The notes below the pieces were generated by a model. It was not told the DNA's origin. It ran no database searches and saw only the letters and a list, made by a program, of their open reading frames with translations. The position numbers were made by a program, and so were the translations under genes. This document shows, piece by piece, positions 37,322 to 47,936 of a DNA stretch of 59,080 bases; position 1 is the first letter of the stretch; each line of letters starts with the position of its first letter. The stretch is from Enterobacter phage EcP1. The stretch lies in the sequence record HQ641380.1; one strand, 5' to 3'.

Positions 37322-38782
37322 TTACTGTGTACTTTTCAGAAGAAATCTTACTGCATCATTAATTTCTTCTACAGGATACCTTCCCTGATTGTAATCGCTG
37401 TAATTAGGAACCGGTACATTAACAGGCTGGATAGGCTGACCTGTATACATACTGCGACGAACTTCTAACGTAGCATTACGTTTGGCATCCTCCAGTTTAC
37501 GTATATCGGTACTGAATCGTTTATTGTTGATATTTTCCAACTCTTTAATACGGTTCATGGTTGCAGGATTAGACTGGATATCCTTAGCCTGTTTAGCTTG
37601 CTGTACTGCCAAATCCTTATCTATTTTAATAACATCATTACCAAAGTAGATACCGCCCTGTTGAGCAGAGTTTTTAAGGATATGGCTCACACCGTCAAGT
37701 GATAAGTTAGGATTTTCTTTTAATACAGCTTCAGCAGCATTACGAATATCTGCTTTGTCGTTATCAAAGATTCCTTCATTAAACAAACCATTGATTAAAT
37801 CACCTTTGGTTTTGATATCAGAATTTTTACCACCTAAGTTAACCGCTTCATAGGCAGAGCTTGATACACCAAGTGTATTCAAATCTTTCTTGAGTTGGTT
37901 ATCTTTAGCAGTACTTAAATCATCAATCATACCTTCGATTGGTTTAATTACCTGTTCATATGCCTGAGCAGGAATATCCATATTTTTAGCAAACAGATTC
38001 TCTACATCGCCAATCTTACTGGTAGCATCTTTTGCATCAATACCATACTGATTAGCAACTTTAAGAAATTCACTTTTACGCTCATTAGGATCACGACCGG
38101 CAGCAATATCCTGATTCCATCGTTCCTGCACATATTGACCAAATGCATCAGTTTTAGCACTTTTCATAGCACTGGCAGAAGGAGAATCTTTTTTATTTGA
38201 AGCAGCACGAGCCAATGCCAAACGCTGATTATCTAATGCAAACTGTCTGTCCTGATTTCGTTGGTTCATGAACATAGAAGCCAAATCAGTAGAGCCAGTT
38301 AGCTTATCGCTATTTGCAGCATACACATTAGCAGCAGACTGCATATCACCAGCAGCAATATATTTAAGAATCTCATCACGTAAAGGTTGTGCAGCCTGTT
38401 CACGTTGAGCCTGAGCAAGAGATAACTCACCTGACTCATCACGTATCAGATCACCTCTGCGGGCTGATAACTGTTTAGCTATGGCATTGGTATCTACAGC
38501 AGCTCCAAACCGTTCCTGAAGCTGTTCAGGGCTAAATTGACCTGATTGTACAGCAGCATCATAATCACCCAATGAACCAAGTGAAACTAACTGGTTAATT
38601 GCATTACCGGTATTTCTTTCTTTCTGGGTATTAAAATTAATATTCTGCATGTCACGATACTGACCGAGAGTATTATTTATTGTACCCATACCGAGATTAA
38701 TAAGATTAGCACCTGATTCCTGCAATCGTGCTACAGGAGTAAAATCAGGAGTATTAATATTACGCCAAGTAATTTCAGCCAT
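37322..38782 (-). CDS. virion structural protein (N4 gp51-like position)
   Basis: 486 aa, co-oriented and immediately downstream of the vRNAP in the late operon. Confidence 0.45.
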   Translation of the reverse strand: MAEITWRNINTPDFTPVARLQESGANLINLGMGTINNTLGQYRDMQNINFNTQKERNTGNAINQLVSLGSLGDYDAAVQSGQFSPEQLQERFGAAVDTNAIAKQLSARRGDLIRDESGELSLAQAQREQAAQPLRDEILKYIAAGDMQSAANVYAANSDKLTGSTDLASMFMNQRNQDRQFALDNQRLALARAASNKKDSPSASAMKSAKTDAFGQYVQERWNQDIAAGRDPNERKSEFLKVANQYGIDAKDATSKIGDVENLFAKNMDIPAQAYEQVIKPIEGMIDDLSTAKDNQLKKDLNTLGVSSSAYEAVNLGGKNSDIKTKGDLINGLFNEGIFDNDKADIRNAAEAVLKENPNLSLDGVSHILKNSAQQGGIYFGNDVIKIDKDLAVQQAKQAKDIQSNPATMNRIKELENINNKRFSTDIRKLEDAKRNATLEVRRSMYTGQPIQPVNVPVPNYSDYNQGRYPVEEINDAVRFLLKSTQ

Positions 38783-38787
38783 TTACA

Positions 38788-39291
38788 TTACTCCTTCAGT
38801 CCACGTTTATCCATTTCACGTTGGATATCTTCTTCTTTACCCTGGTAGTCTGAAGTACGTCCACGCAGACGATCTTCCATGCGGGTATTATACTCTTTGA
38901 TTTGGTTGGCTAAGTTTTGCTGATAAGCCTGCTTAGTAAAATTAAGCTGATCTTTTGCTAAACCTAAATTCTGCATACCTAACCAAGTCTGACCGATACC
39001 GGTTGCAGCACCCATAATTCCGGGAATAATACCTAATGATTGGTTTCCTGTAGCAGCATCAGTTCCACCAAATAAACTCATTTGAGTTTCCTGATCTAAA
39101 CCGATGTTATTAAGAAAACCATTAATAAATCCACCTCCGCCAGCAGGGGCAGCAGCACCAATAGCTGAACCAGAAGAAGGAGTAAAATTACCACGTTGCA
39201 GAAACTCAGGTAAGAATCCTGATTGTGCCTGCGGTTGAAACATAGTCGGGCTGAATTGTTGAGACGTCTTGCTAAAATCAATCATATGCAC
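38788..39291 (-). CDS. virion structural protein, Gly/Ala-rich
   Basis: 167 aa, in the late operon. Confidence 0.4.
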   Translation of the reverse strand: MHMIDFSKTSQQFSPTMFQPQAQSGFLPEFLQRGNFTPSSGSAIGAAAPAGGGGFINGFLNNIGLDQETQMSLFGGTDAATGNQSLGIIPGIMGAATGIGQTWLGMQNLGLAKDQLNFTKQAYQQNLANQIKEYNTRMEDRLRGRTSDYQGKEEDIQREMDKRGLKE

Positions 39292-39294
39292 CTC

Positions 39295-41640
39295 TTATAA
39301 ATTGGTTCCTTTAGGCAATGTTAAAGCATTGCGTACATAACTGCTAACAAAGTCCACGCTAAGTGTACCAGCATTATTTAATAAAGTTCTCTCATAAAAA
39401 GCATTAGGGTCTTCAAATAAATTAAAATATGCACTTCTTGCTATGGAACTTATATCTATATCTTTGGTTCCGGAGAATGCTTTCATTGCTTCTTCTAATT
39501 CTTTCTGACGATCTTCAAAATAACCAGCAGTAGCAATAGCATCATCCTGTATTTTACTTAACTCTTTATTTATGTAGTTATCAGCACCTTTAGTAACAGC
39601 CGGCACAATGCCTAACATTTCGTCTGCCCATGGTAAGCCTTGTTGAGCACCACCCATCTGCATTGCATAACTTGCAGCAGCATATACAGCCATTGCTAAA
39701 ATTATACCAAAGATTCCGTCTAAACCTATAATGTCGATTAAATATTGAACACCTACTGTTACACCTACTGAAACCAATACAGAAGTACCAATAAATTCAG
39801 CAGCAGCCATAGCAGCAGAAGTACCGGCTGCGGCAGCACCTGCCATAGCACCCTGTAAACCAGCTACAAATTGATATCCTCCGTATACTGCGATAACAAT
39901 AGTTACTACAATTGTAACCATCTGGAAAAATCCGGACTGATACCATTTACCAACAATCTCATCATATGAGTTAAATATGATATGAAGGCAATCAAAAGTC
40001 ATTTGAGTGAACTTTACTAATCCCATCGAGTGAACAACATCTTCACTTAGTGGAATAAGGAAAGATTCATTTTTCATATCATCCAGTACTTTCCAGCCGG
40101 AAGTATTTACTGAGTGTCCTTTATATACATGGTTAGAGTAATCTAAGCCACATACCTCTACTTCCTCATACTGAGTTTCAGATATCTGTTTACGAAAATA
40201 AATAACAGATACGTCAGCATCCAGTACCAGAGATTCATTAGGAGGTCTGGTTCCCCATTTAGGATCAGAAGGTGGCTTAAGTTGTATAGTCTGAGATTTA
40301 CCTTTCTCTCTTGTAACAGTACCTATTGAACCAATAGAACCAGTAACAGTAATTATTGAAGCGTATTGATATGAAATAGTTACATTGTATGGTTCCTGCC
40401 GTAATGATAAACGGTTAACAGGTGGTGGAATAGGAACCTCGTTAAGTTCACTTTCCGGATTATAATTTTCTAATTCTTTCAGATACTGAAGATATGCAAC
40501 TTTATCTGAAGGAGATTGTTTAGCCAGATATTTAAAGTACTCAAACAAGTATCTGATACTGTCCGGATATTTAGAATTAAGTGAGACACCAAATACAAAA
40601 AATGCATGGTCTACTTTATCGATATCAGGGTTAGCATTAATTTTTTCACCAATGTCACCTATCTTTAAACCAATCTTTTTGAGTATAGCTTTACTGCCCT
40701 TATACACATCAGCAGGAATTTTAGTAGGGTCTGTATAATCTGTACCATACAGACGTAAAGGAACAACCGGATAGTAAGGTGAACTTCCGGTAATATCGTT
40801 TTTTATGGAATCTAGTTCAGGATAAGTACCAGAACCAGCAATATAAAAGAAATAATGCTTAGATGATAACTTAGACATAGTTGTTTTAGTTACAATCTTT
40901 GTAACTTTGCTATCATCAGGATTAGTTGTAATTGTGGTAGTTATTTCTTTAGTAGTTAATTCAATAAATGAACCAATAACAATAGAAGTTGAAGTAGTTT
41001 TAGTTCCTTCTATATCGCCTTCTTCAAACGGTCTTTCTTCAGTAGAAGTTGTAGGAGGAAGTGATGTACCGGTACGGTATACAACCATGTAATAATCAGC
41101 CATCCAATCTATATCAAAAGTTTTCTTTTCTTCTTTTACTACTGTTTCACCTTCTACAAATTTAATAGTTACTTCACCAAAAATATCTACATCGTAGGTA
41201 ATAGTAGCGTTATTACTAACACCTGAAGGTGGGTTAAAAGAACCTAAATCTTCATCCCAATTGTAGGTATTAGTTAAGTATTCTTCCACCCAGTACGAAA
41301 CATCAGGTACGCCATAGTTAGCAATACCAAGTGATATAGTTTTATCAGGATGAAGTGTTTTAAGAACTTTTATAACTTCATCCTGATTAGGTACACCATA
41401 GGATATGGTTCCATCAGGTAAGCCGAGCACATAATGATCACGCCCATATTTATAAGCATTGCGAGCTTTTATGCCCATACCATGCAAATAAGAATAGGAT
41501 AATGTACCTGCTATATCACGGCTGTTCATAACAGATTCTGTGATTGTTTTTCGCAGGTAATTTGTCTGTTCATCGTCTCCTGCTAAGTTAACAGTAGTAG
41601 ACGAAACAACAATTTGTTTTGGTCTGCTAAATAGTCCCAT
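39295..41640 (-). CDS. large virion protein with Thr-rich region and Gly/Ala-rich transmembrane segments (candidate ejection/internal protein)
   Basis: 781 aa; TTKEITTTITTNPDDSKVTKIVTKTT low-complexity stretch; the C-terminal third has several hydrophobic G/A-rich helices. Confidence 0.45.
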   Translation of the reverse strand: MGLFSRPKQIVVSSTTVNLAGDDEQTNYLRKTITESVMNSRDIAGTLSYSYLHGMGIKARNAYKYGRDHYVLGLPDGTISYGVPNQDEVIKVLKTLHPDKTISLGIANYGVPDVSYWVEEYLTNTYNWDEDLGSFNPPSGVSNNATITYDVDIFGEVTIKFVEGETVVKEEKKTFDIDWMADYYMVVYRTGTSLPPTTSTEERPFEEGDIEGTKTTSTSIVIGSFIELTTKEITTTITTNPDDSKVTKIVTKTTMSKLSSKHYFFYIAGSGTYPELDSIKNDITGSSPYYPVVPLRLYGTDYTDPTKIPADVYKGSKAILKKIGLKIGDIGEKINANPDIDKVDHAFFVFGVSLNSKYPDSIRYLFEYFKYLAKQSPSDKVAYLQYLKELENYNPESELNEVPIPPPVNRLSLRQEPYNVTISYQYASIITVTGSIGSIGTVTREKGKSQTIQLKPPSDPKWGTRPPNESLVLDADVSVIYFRKQISETQYEEVEVCGLDYSNHVYKGHSVNTSGWKVLDDMKNESFLIPLSEDVVHSMGLVKFTQMTFDCLHIIFNSYDEIVGKWYQSGFFQMVTIVVTIVIAVYGGYQFVAGLQGAMAGAAAAGTSAAMAAAEFIGTSVLVSVGVTVGVQYLIDIIGLDGIFGIILAMAVYAAASYAMQMGGAQQGLPWADEMLGIVPAVTKGADNYINKELSKIQDDAIATAGYFEDRQKELEEAMKAFSGTKDIDISSIARSAYFNLFEDPNAFYERTLLNNAGTLSVDFVSSYVRNALTLPKGTNL

Positions 41641-41667
41641 AAAAATAAAGGGAGCATATAGCTCCCT
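41641..41667 (-). terminator. intra-operon terminator/attenuator on the minus strand
   Basis: AGGGAGC-ATATA-GCTCCCT followed on the minus strand by TTTATTTTT. Confidence 0.55.
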
Positions 41668-41684
41668 CTCCTTAGTTAATTGGT

Positions 41685-42347
41685 TCAGATAACTGAGTTC
41701 TCTTTATCAACTTTAATCCATGTATTGCTGATATATTCCTCAAGTTTCTGTGTATCCATACCGTTAGGTAATGGAGTACCTTCATCAACTGTTTTACGGG
41801 TAATCCACGTATCAGTCATAATCTTAAGGAATTTAGATTCAGCATCACGCTGGAAACCTAATCGCTGTTGTTCGTAAAGTTTAATCTGAGAACCAACTAA
41901 ACCAGAAACAGGTTTATCATCAATCTTACCTTGAGTCTGAGCTTTTTCAGTATCAACTTTTTGCCAGATAAGAGCAATCTGTGCATCATGTAATTGACCT
42001 TGTTTTTTCTCATTCTCAATCTGGATTGCTTTTAAAGCTAATTCCTGTTCAGCTAATTCAATCTGCTTTTTAGCAAGTTCGTTAGCCAACCATGCTTTAT
42101 CACGTTCCAGTAAAAACATTACAGATTGTTGAAGTACTTCACTTAGGGAACCAAGATAAACCGTTGCAAACTGATCTCCAACAATTCGGTTCTTATCGTA
42201 CTGGTCTTCTAAGTGAGCAGTAACGGTACGCATCAATTTATCAAACGTACCATTACCATCTAATTTCTGTTCAGTCAGGTCTTCATCAGTAAGCTTACGG
42301 ACAACAATAGTAGTATTGGAATCTTCTGGCTTAATGATATCAACCAT
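41685..42347 (-). CDS. virion structural protein (coiled-coil)
   Basis: 220 aa, in the late operon. Confidence 0.4.
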   Translation of the reverse strand: MVDIIKPEDSNTTIVVRKLTDEDLTEQKLDGNGTFDKLMRTVTAHLEDQYDKNRIVGDQFATVYLGSLSEVLQQSVMFLLERDKAWLANELAKKQIELAEQELALKAIQIENEKKQGQLHDAQIALIWQKVDTEKAQTQGKIDDKPVSGLVGSQIKLYEQQRLGFQRDAESKFLKIMTDTWITRKTVDEGTPLPNGMDTQKLEEYISNTWIKVDKENSVI

Positions 42348-42349
42348 TA

Positions 42350-42904
42350 TTAGTTACCACCGATACGCTGTTCAGCACTTTGCTCTTTAGCCAGTGCTTT
42401 AAGTTCATCTTCTGTTAATGCAGGTAGAATCTCGACATGAAATTCAGGAACCAATTGGAAAGTAGTGGTATCAATACCATTTACTTTAGCCGGAATAGCT
42501 ACTGAATGTTTCTTGCCAATGAGGGCATTAACAATAATCTGCGGAACGTGATAACCATTCTCATAGAATTTAGGATCAAACGGAATGAACTTTTTATAGA
42601 AACCAACAACACTGTTTCCTACAGAAATAATTTCGCCAGTCATTTGACGCTTATCCTGATTCATGAGAGTAATACGAACACGCACAAGCTTCTCAGCATC
42701 CATCTTATTTTTTACTACGAAACCTTGCGTATTTACTTCTGGTTCGCCTTTGCTCTTTTCTGCTAATTCTGCACGATGTTCTTCAATACGTTTTTGCAGA
42801 GTCTCATTAGAGATATTAGGAGAGAATGAAATACCTAATGTGGTAGCTTCTGCACGTAATGCTTCACGCATTGCTTCTTCTGAAATTTGAGTCTGATCTG
42901 TCAT
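42350..42904 (-). CDS. virion structural protein
   Basis: 184 aa, immediately downstream of the capsid gene. Confidence 0.4.
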   Translation of the reverse strand: MTDQTQISEEAMREALRAEATTLGISFSPNISNETLQKRIEEHRAELAEKSKGEPEVNTQGFVVKNKMDAEKLVRVRITLMNQDKRQMTGEIISVGNSVVGFYKKFIPFDPKFYENGYHVPQIIVNALIGKKHSVAIPAKVNGIDTTTFQLVPEFHVEILPALTEDELKALAKEQSAEQRIGGN

Positions 42905-42922
42905 TTTTAATTCCTCAAGATA

Positions 42923-42954
42923 TAAAAAAAAGGGAAGTATCTCTACTTCCCCTT
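42923..42954 (-). terminator. terminator immediately downstream of the major capsid gene (minus strand)
   Basis: AAGGGGAAGTA-n4-TACTTCCCTT hairpin followed by T8 on the minus strand. Confidence 0.65.
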
Positions 42955-42969
42955 ATTAAACGTCATTTA

Positions 42970-44172
42970 TTACATTGGGGCAACTGTTTTAATAACTGCC
43001 AGACGCTCTGTACGCTCAGGCAGGAAACCATACCACCATTTAATAGAGCAGAAGCCCATTTCACCGTATGGGTCAGTACGGTCAGCAGTTTCCATACCCG
43101 GCAGTTTAGAAATAATGCTAAACTTAGATTTCTCGCCAGAGTAGAAGAAACCAATAGTACTGAAGGATTCGGCACCTACAACCAGCAGAGGATAAATATC
43201 ATACTTGCTGTTAGTAGAATGCATAGGAGTAGTAGCAGCTCCAGTTACAGCAGCGCCAGCACCTTCCCATTTCAGCATTTCAGGTGGAGTAACAATACGG
43301 AACATACCAACTGTACCGACTTCGTGCTCCATGATAGTACCAGCATCACCATACTGTTCCACCGGAATCCACGCATCTTTCTTAGTATAGTTCTGCATGC
43401 TCATGAAATGCGGAAGCATATCAGAAGAAGCATACATGACATAACCTTTAGAAATGGTTCGGGTATCAATCATACGTGAACCATAGATGTACTGTGTCTG
43501 CTGCGGAGTACGGTTATCTTTCAGTACCAGATACAGCTTCATCAGATCATCAAAAGAAACCAGAGATGGAGTAGCACCTTCACCAGTTACTTCAGAGTCT
43601 TTAGTAGCAGCACCTGCATACATGACAACACCAGCACCATTCAGTAGATCAATTTGAAGCTGTGCTTCATACATCTGAGCAGCACCCTGAATTGCTTCAC
43701 GACGCATATGCTGATGAAGTTCTGCATCAGAGTCAAAATCCATGGATTCACGGGAGAATTCATAGAAGAAACCCATCTTATGCATGGAGCCTTCAATAAC
43801 TTTACGGGTGAAACCAACACGGTTAACACGACCACCGGTTTCAGACAGGGTAGGCAGTTTGCTTGAGATAGTACCTACGTCACGACTTGAACCATAGATA
43901 TTACCATTAGCGTACTGTGCGCCTTTAGCATCAATACCCTGATCGTTGACGTTCAGATCGCTCAGTAAAGGCATATAGTGATAAGCCTTAATAGTCTTAC
44001 CAAAATGCTTAGGCATGTTACGGACGTTAGCTAAACGGGAAAATACAATATCTTTCTCAGCATCGATAAGTGATTTTCGATCCCATTGATATGTATTCAT
44101 CTGTGGCCCGATAGTAGAAGGAGTACTTTCGGGCTTATTATATAAATGACCTGCTACAGTATTCTCAGCCAT
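42970..44172 (-). CDS. major capsid protein (N4 gp56-like, HK97 fold)
   Basis: 400 aa; positioned between the scaffold-like acidic protein and a strong terminator; N4 synteny. Confidence 0.65.
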   Translation of the reverse strand: MAENTVAGHLYNKPESTPSTIGPQMNTYQWDRKSLIDAEKDIVFSRLANVRNMPKHFGKTIKAYHYMPLLSDLNVNDQGIDAKGAQYANGNIYGSSRDVGTISSKLPTLSETGGRVNRVGFTRKVIEGSMHKMGFFYEFSRESMDFDSDAELHQHMRREAIQGAAQMYEAQLQIDLLNGAGVVMYAGAATKDSEVTGEGATPSLVSFDDLMKLYLVLKDNRTPQQTQYIYGSRMIDTRTISKGYVMYASSDMLPHFMSMQNYTKKDAWIPVEQYGDAGTIMEHEVGTVGMFRIVTPPEMLKWEGAGAAVTGAATTPMHSTNSKYDIYPLLVVGAESFSTIGFFYSGEKSKFSIISKLPGMETADRTDPYGEMGFCSIKWWYGFLPERTERLAVIKTVAPM

Positions 44173-44183
44173 AATTTTTCCTA

Positions 44184-45317
44184 TTATTTAAATTTACCAG
44201 CAGCTTTAAGAAATTCTTCATCCGACATGCCAACTACTTCTTCTAAAGCAACTTCATCTTTTACTACAGTTGGAGCTTGTTTAGTTGGAGCAGCAGCTTT
44301 ACGTTTGTCGTTTAAAGATTGATTTTTTTCAACTTTACTTGGTGCAGGCTGTCGAGCAATAGGCTGTTGTCCTGTGACCGGCTGAGAATTCTCAGTACCT
44401 AACAGATTTTGCTGTTGCATGTATGACAGAACCATGCCGTAAGCTTGAATCATTGGAACGTTGTTTAAACTTGGATTACCCAAAGTTTTTTCACGACGAA
44501 CCATATTCATAACTTTATCAAAAATACCAGATTCTTTCATTTTAGCAATGTCAGTAATTAAAGCAGGTTTCTCTGCAATAATACCTGCACTGTCTTGCCA
44601 TTCAGAATCTTTGGCAATCATATTAATTGTTTCTAAACCTTTTGGCAATGCAGAAACAGAATCTAATGTTTCTTTGAGTTCAATTTGTTTATCTGATACT
44701 TGGTAATCTTTAGCTTTATATTCAGTTGAACCATCTAAATTTAAATCCAAAGGGTCAATGCCAGAATCAGAAATAAGTTTAGCAATAGCTTCTTTATTTC
44801 CTTTACGGCATTCAATCATCAGGTTTAATACATCAGGATCAGTTAAGCCTTGCTCTTTTAAAGTTTCAAACACTTTCTGAGCAGGTTTAATTTGCTGCAT
44901 CTTATGTTCATAGTTAGCACCTTTCTGCATAAGACGTACAGCTTCTTCAGGAGTATTAACCTGCATATCATGACCATTTGCTTTAAATGGTTTAGATATT
45001 AGACTCCAATCAATTTCAGGTTCATTGGATTCTTCAGGTTTATTATCTTCCTGTTCTTCTTCGTTTTCCTGTTCCGGTTTATTTTCTTCTTCAGTAGTAA
45101 CAGGTTTTTCTTCCTGATTATCTAATTCCGGTTCAGGTTTAATTTCCGGTTCCTGCGGTTCAGCAGGATTGTTTTCTGGCTCAGATTCAGGAGTTTCTTT
45201 CTCAGGTTCCTCAATAGGTAATGCCCCATCATTTGACGGGGCAAAACTTGGAACACTGGAAAAAGATGCATTAGCAAAATCTGCGTCAGACATATTTTCA
45301 ATATTTTCCAGTGTCAT
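44184..45317 (-). CDS. scaffolding protein (acidic)
   Basis: Strongly acidic P/E-rich N-terminal half; immediately upstream of the capsid gene. Confidence 0.5.
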   Translation of the reverse strand: MTLENIENMSDADFANASFSSVPSFAPSNDGALPIEEPEKETPESEPENNPAEPQEPEIKPEPELDNQEEKPVTTEEENKPEQENEEEQEDNKPEESNEPEIDWSLISKPFKANGHDMQVNTPEEAVRLMQKGANYEHKMQQIKPAQKVFETLKEQGLTDPDVLNLMIECRKGNKEAIAKLISDSGIDPLDLNLDGSTEYKAKDYQVSDKQIELKETLDSVSALPKGLETINMIAKDSEWQDSAGIIAEKPALITDIAKMKESGIFDKVMNMVRREKTLGNPSLNNVPMIQAYGMVLSYMQQQNLLGTENSQPVTGQQPIARQPAPSKVEKNQSLNDKRKAAAPTKQAPTVVKDEVALEEVVGMSDEEFLKAAGKFK

Positions 45318-45320
45318 TTA

Positions 45321-45656
45321 TTAATCCTCTGCGCGAGCTTCTTCTAAAGCATTATCAATGCTACCGATAGTAGTTTCAGCATACTGACCGGCAGTTATGA
45401 ATTCATCCAGCATTACTTGAATATAACCGATAGCTTGCATACGTTCTTTAGCGCGTTCTTTAACTTCTGCCGGAGCAGCAGGAGAAACAGATACACGGTT
45501 CAGACGGCTAACTGTTTCTGAGAATAAATTATCTTCAAAGATTTCTTTGAATAAACGATTAGAACGCAGCTTCTGAACTTTTTCAGCAAATGCAATATCT
45601 TCGTGTGCTTTTGCTTTCTGTGCTTCTAAATCTTGAATTTCATTTACATCAGCCAT
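45321..45656 (-). CDS. hypothetical protein (coiled-coil)
   Basis: Start reassigned to MADVNEIQ to avoid overlapping the portal gene. Confidence 0.4.
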   Translation of the reverse strand: MADVNEIQDLEAQKAKAHEDIAFAEKVQKLRSNRLFKEIFEDNLFSETVSRLNRVSVSPAAPAEVKERAKERMQAIGYIQVMLDEFITAGQYAETTIGSIDNALEEARAED

Positions 45657-47808
45657 TACTTGTGTCCTCAACTGAGATTGGTTTAAAACTATTATTGGCA
45701 CTATTGCCGTTCGCAAATTTAGATTTAAGCAGAGCATCTAAAACTTTAGTTTTTGCCTGAGCTTTAGATTGTTCAGCACGTAATTCTTTCTCTCGTGCTT
45801 GCTTAACCCCTGATTCTTGTTCTATGAAGTCTAAATCAGTTTTATCTTTTTGTGAAGTGGCTAAACTACCTCTTTGTAAATAATATGCCTCTCTTGCAGC
45901 ACTTTCTTTAATTTCTTGCTGTAATTTTGCCAATTCGAGCTGTTTTTTCTGTTCTTCTAAAGGATCAGGCGTTGGCTCAAATTCTTTAATCATCTGTGCA
46001 ACATCAGGCATTTTGTTCAATCTTGAAATTTCAGTAAGCAATACTTTTGTAATTTCAAACGGAATTGTATTACCGATGGTCTGAACCAAAAAAGCTAATT
46101 GGTTAGACTTCTGCTGTTCTGCTTCAGGTGTAGAGATATCTACTTTTAAATCAAAATCTCCTGCCAGAGCTTCACGTTTAACATGTACGAATGCATCGTT
46201 AGTAATACGTATGATTTCCTCATCGGTAAGGAATTCCTGATTCATGGCAATAATCATACGGCCTAAATCTACCATACCTTTTTTCAGTCTACGCAGAATA
46301 GACATCTCACGTTTAGATGATGCATCCAATACACCTCTGATACCGGCTGCAACGTCACCTAATGAACCAGAACTAATACCTTCAGAGAATGCCTTAACTC
46401 CGGATAAAGACTCTGCTTCGTTATTCTGCTGCTGAATTAAGCCTGGAATAATAGAAGGTACTTCAGGTGTAGTCACAGTACGTATAGCTTCAGCTAATGG
46501 TACGTTAAGAGGGTTAGATTGAGCATCCTCACCAGCCATAAATTTACGGTAGTTAACAGGGTCAAATACATCTTTACGTATAATGTTTTGTCCGTTAGCT
46601 GAACGTGCAACCAGATCAATCATAGCTCGTGTAGAAGCACCAATAATAGCTTGGTTATCATAGATTAATTCAGCGTCTGGTTCACCGTATACAGAGCTAT
46701 CCATAGGCAGATATGGGATAACTACAAATGGTGGTTTACCATGTGGATATGGGTTCTCGCTACAACGAATTTTAACATCACCTACGTAAGCAACTACGAT
46801 AGGGGTCAGTACGCCTGAATCATCTATATCATAATATCCCCAATACTCTGTAACGTTAAAACGTTTACGGGATTTACCAGAGATGTTGTAATCAGTAGGA
46901 GTACTGGTTTTAATTTCATCGTCAGAAATGGAAGGAATTAACTCATCACTATCTTTAACAGTTAACTTATCCAGATTTTTATAGTTACCTGATTTTTTAA
47001 GTTCAGCTATAGATGTCTCAAAACGATGAATAACAAAAGTAGCTTTATCCATATCACCCTGACAGGAAGGATCAATATAAACGTTTTCAATATTGAGTAC
47101 TTCCACATATGGTTGATTCTGTAATACTTTGGTTTCTGTTACCTTTTCCATTTCACCAGTTTCAACTGCACGTACAGCGAAACCTTGTTCCAAGGTCATT
47201 TCTACAGAAGCTTTAACTGTATCAGGTAAATCATTAAACATGTTTGGATTACTTTCTTTCAGTTCTATAGCTTTAGAAATGAATTCCGTAAACTCCAAAT
47301 CATCACGTAAATCGTGATATTCATATACAGGTACTTCAGTCTGAATTTCTTTATAAGAATATATCCATGAAGCTTTAGCAATTGCTGTACCTTCCCTACA
47401 TAACTTACGAACCAATGAATCAATCAGATTCACTTTATTTAGTTTGTTATTGTATTGAAAGTTTAACAACATACCGTTTTGATATGCAGCTTCTCTGTCT
47501 TCCCATGTACGAGGCTCAACCATATAAATATCATCAGTAGACAGGAATGGTTCTGACAATGCAGCAGATCTCCATTCAGCCTGTTTACGGATTGTCTTTG
47601 GCTGTACTGATGAATGACCTTTTCTTTTAACCGGTTTAGCTTTTCCGCGAACAAAATATTGATCTGACCATTCAGCAACTTTAGATATATGCTCTCTTTG
47701 AGTTCCTGATATTGAATCAAAATCTTTCTGCAAATCGGAAATTGATGGCTCATTCTTCCAATTCGTTAATTTATCATCTCTGCTTATTGTGTCCATGTGC
47801 TTTCCCAT
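45649..47808 (-). CDS. portal protein (N4 gp59-like)
   Basis: 719 aa; upstream of the scaffold and capsid genes; acidic C-terminus. Confidence 0.6.
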   Translation of the reverse strand: MGKHMDTISRDDKLTNWKNEPSISDLQKDFDSISGTQREHISKVAEWSDQYFVRGKAKPVKRKGHSSVQPKTIRKQAEWRSAALSEPFLSTDDIYMVEPRTWEDREAAYQNGMLLNFQYNNKLNKVNLIDSLVRKLCREGTAIAKASWIYSYKEIQTEVPVYEYHDLRDDLEFTEFISKAIELKESNPNMFNDLPDTVKASVEMTLEQGFAVRAVETGEMEKVTETKVLQNQPYVEVLNIENVYIDPSCQGDMDKATFVIHRFETSIAELKKSGNYKNLDKLTVKDSDELIPSISDDEIKTSTPTDYNISGKSRKRFNVTEYWGYYDIDDSGVLTPIVVAYVGDVKIRCSENPYPHGKPPFVVIPYLPMDSSVYGEPDAELIYDNQAIIGASTRAMIDLVARSANGQNIIRKDVFDPVNYRKFMAGEDAQSNPLNVPLAEAIRTVTTPEVPSIIPGLIQQQNNEAESLSGVKAFSEGISSGSLGDVAAGIRGVLDASSKREMSILRRLKKGMVDLGRMIIAMNQEFLTDEEIIRITNDAFVHVKREALAGDFDLKVDISTPEAEQQKSNQLAFLVQTIGNTIPFEITKVLLTEISRLNKMPDVAQMIKEFEPTPDPLEEQKKQLELAKLQQEIKESAAREAYYLQRGSLATSQKDKTDLDFIEQESGVKQAREKELRAEQSKAQAKTKVLDALLKSKFANGNSANNSFKPISVEDTSNG

Positions 47809-47936
47809 GAATTAGTAATATTAAAGGTTACTATGTTTTATCATATCAAATGATATACAATTAATCCGAATTTTAAAATTTTAGATAGGATTTTTTATGA
47901 TAACAATAGCTGTGTTAACTACAAGGGGATGATTCC

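Noticed and set aside
42859-43479. 206 aa + strand ORF antisense to the major capsid gene
   Set aside because: Lies entirely inside a confidently called minus-strand gene; low-complexity S/H-rich translation; no RBS.
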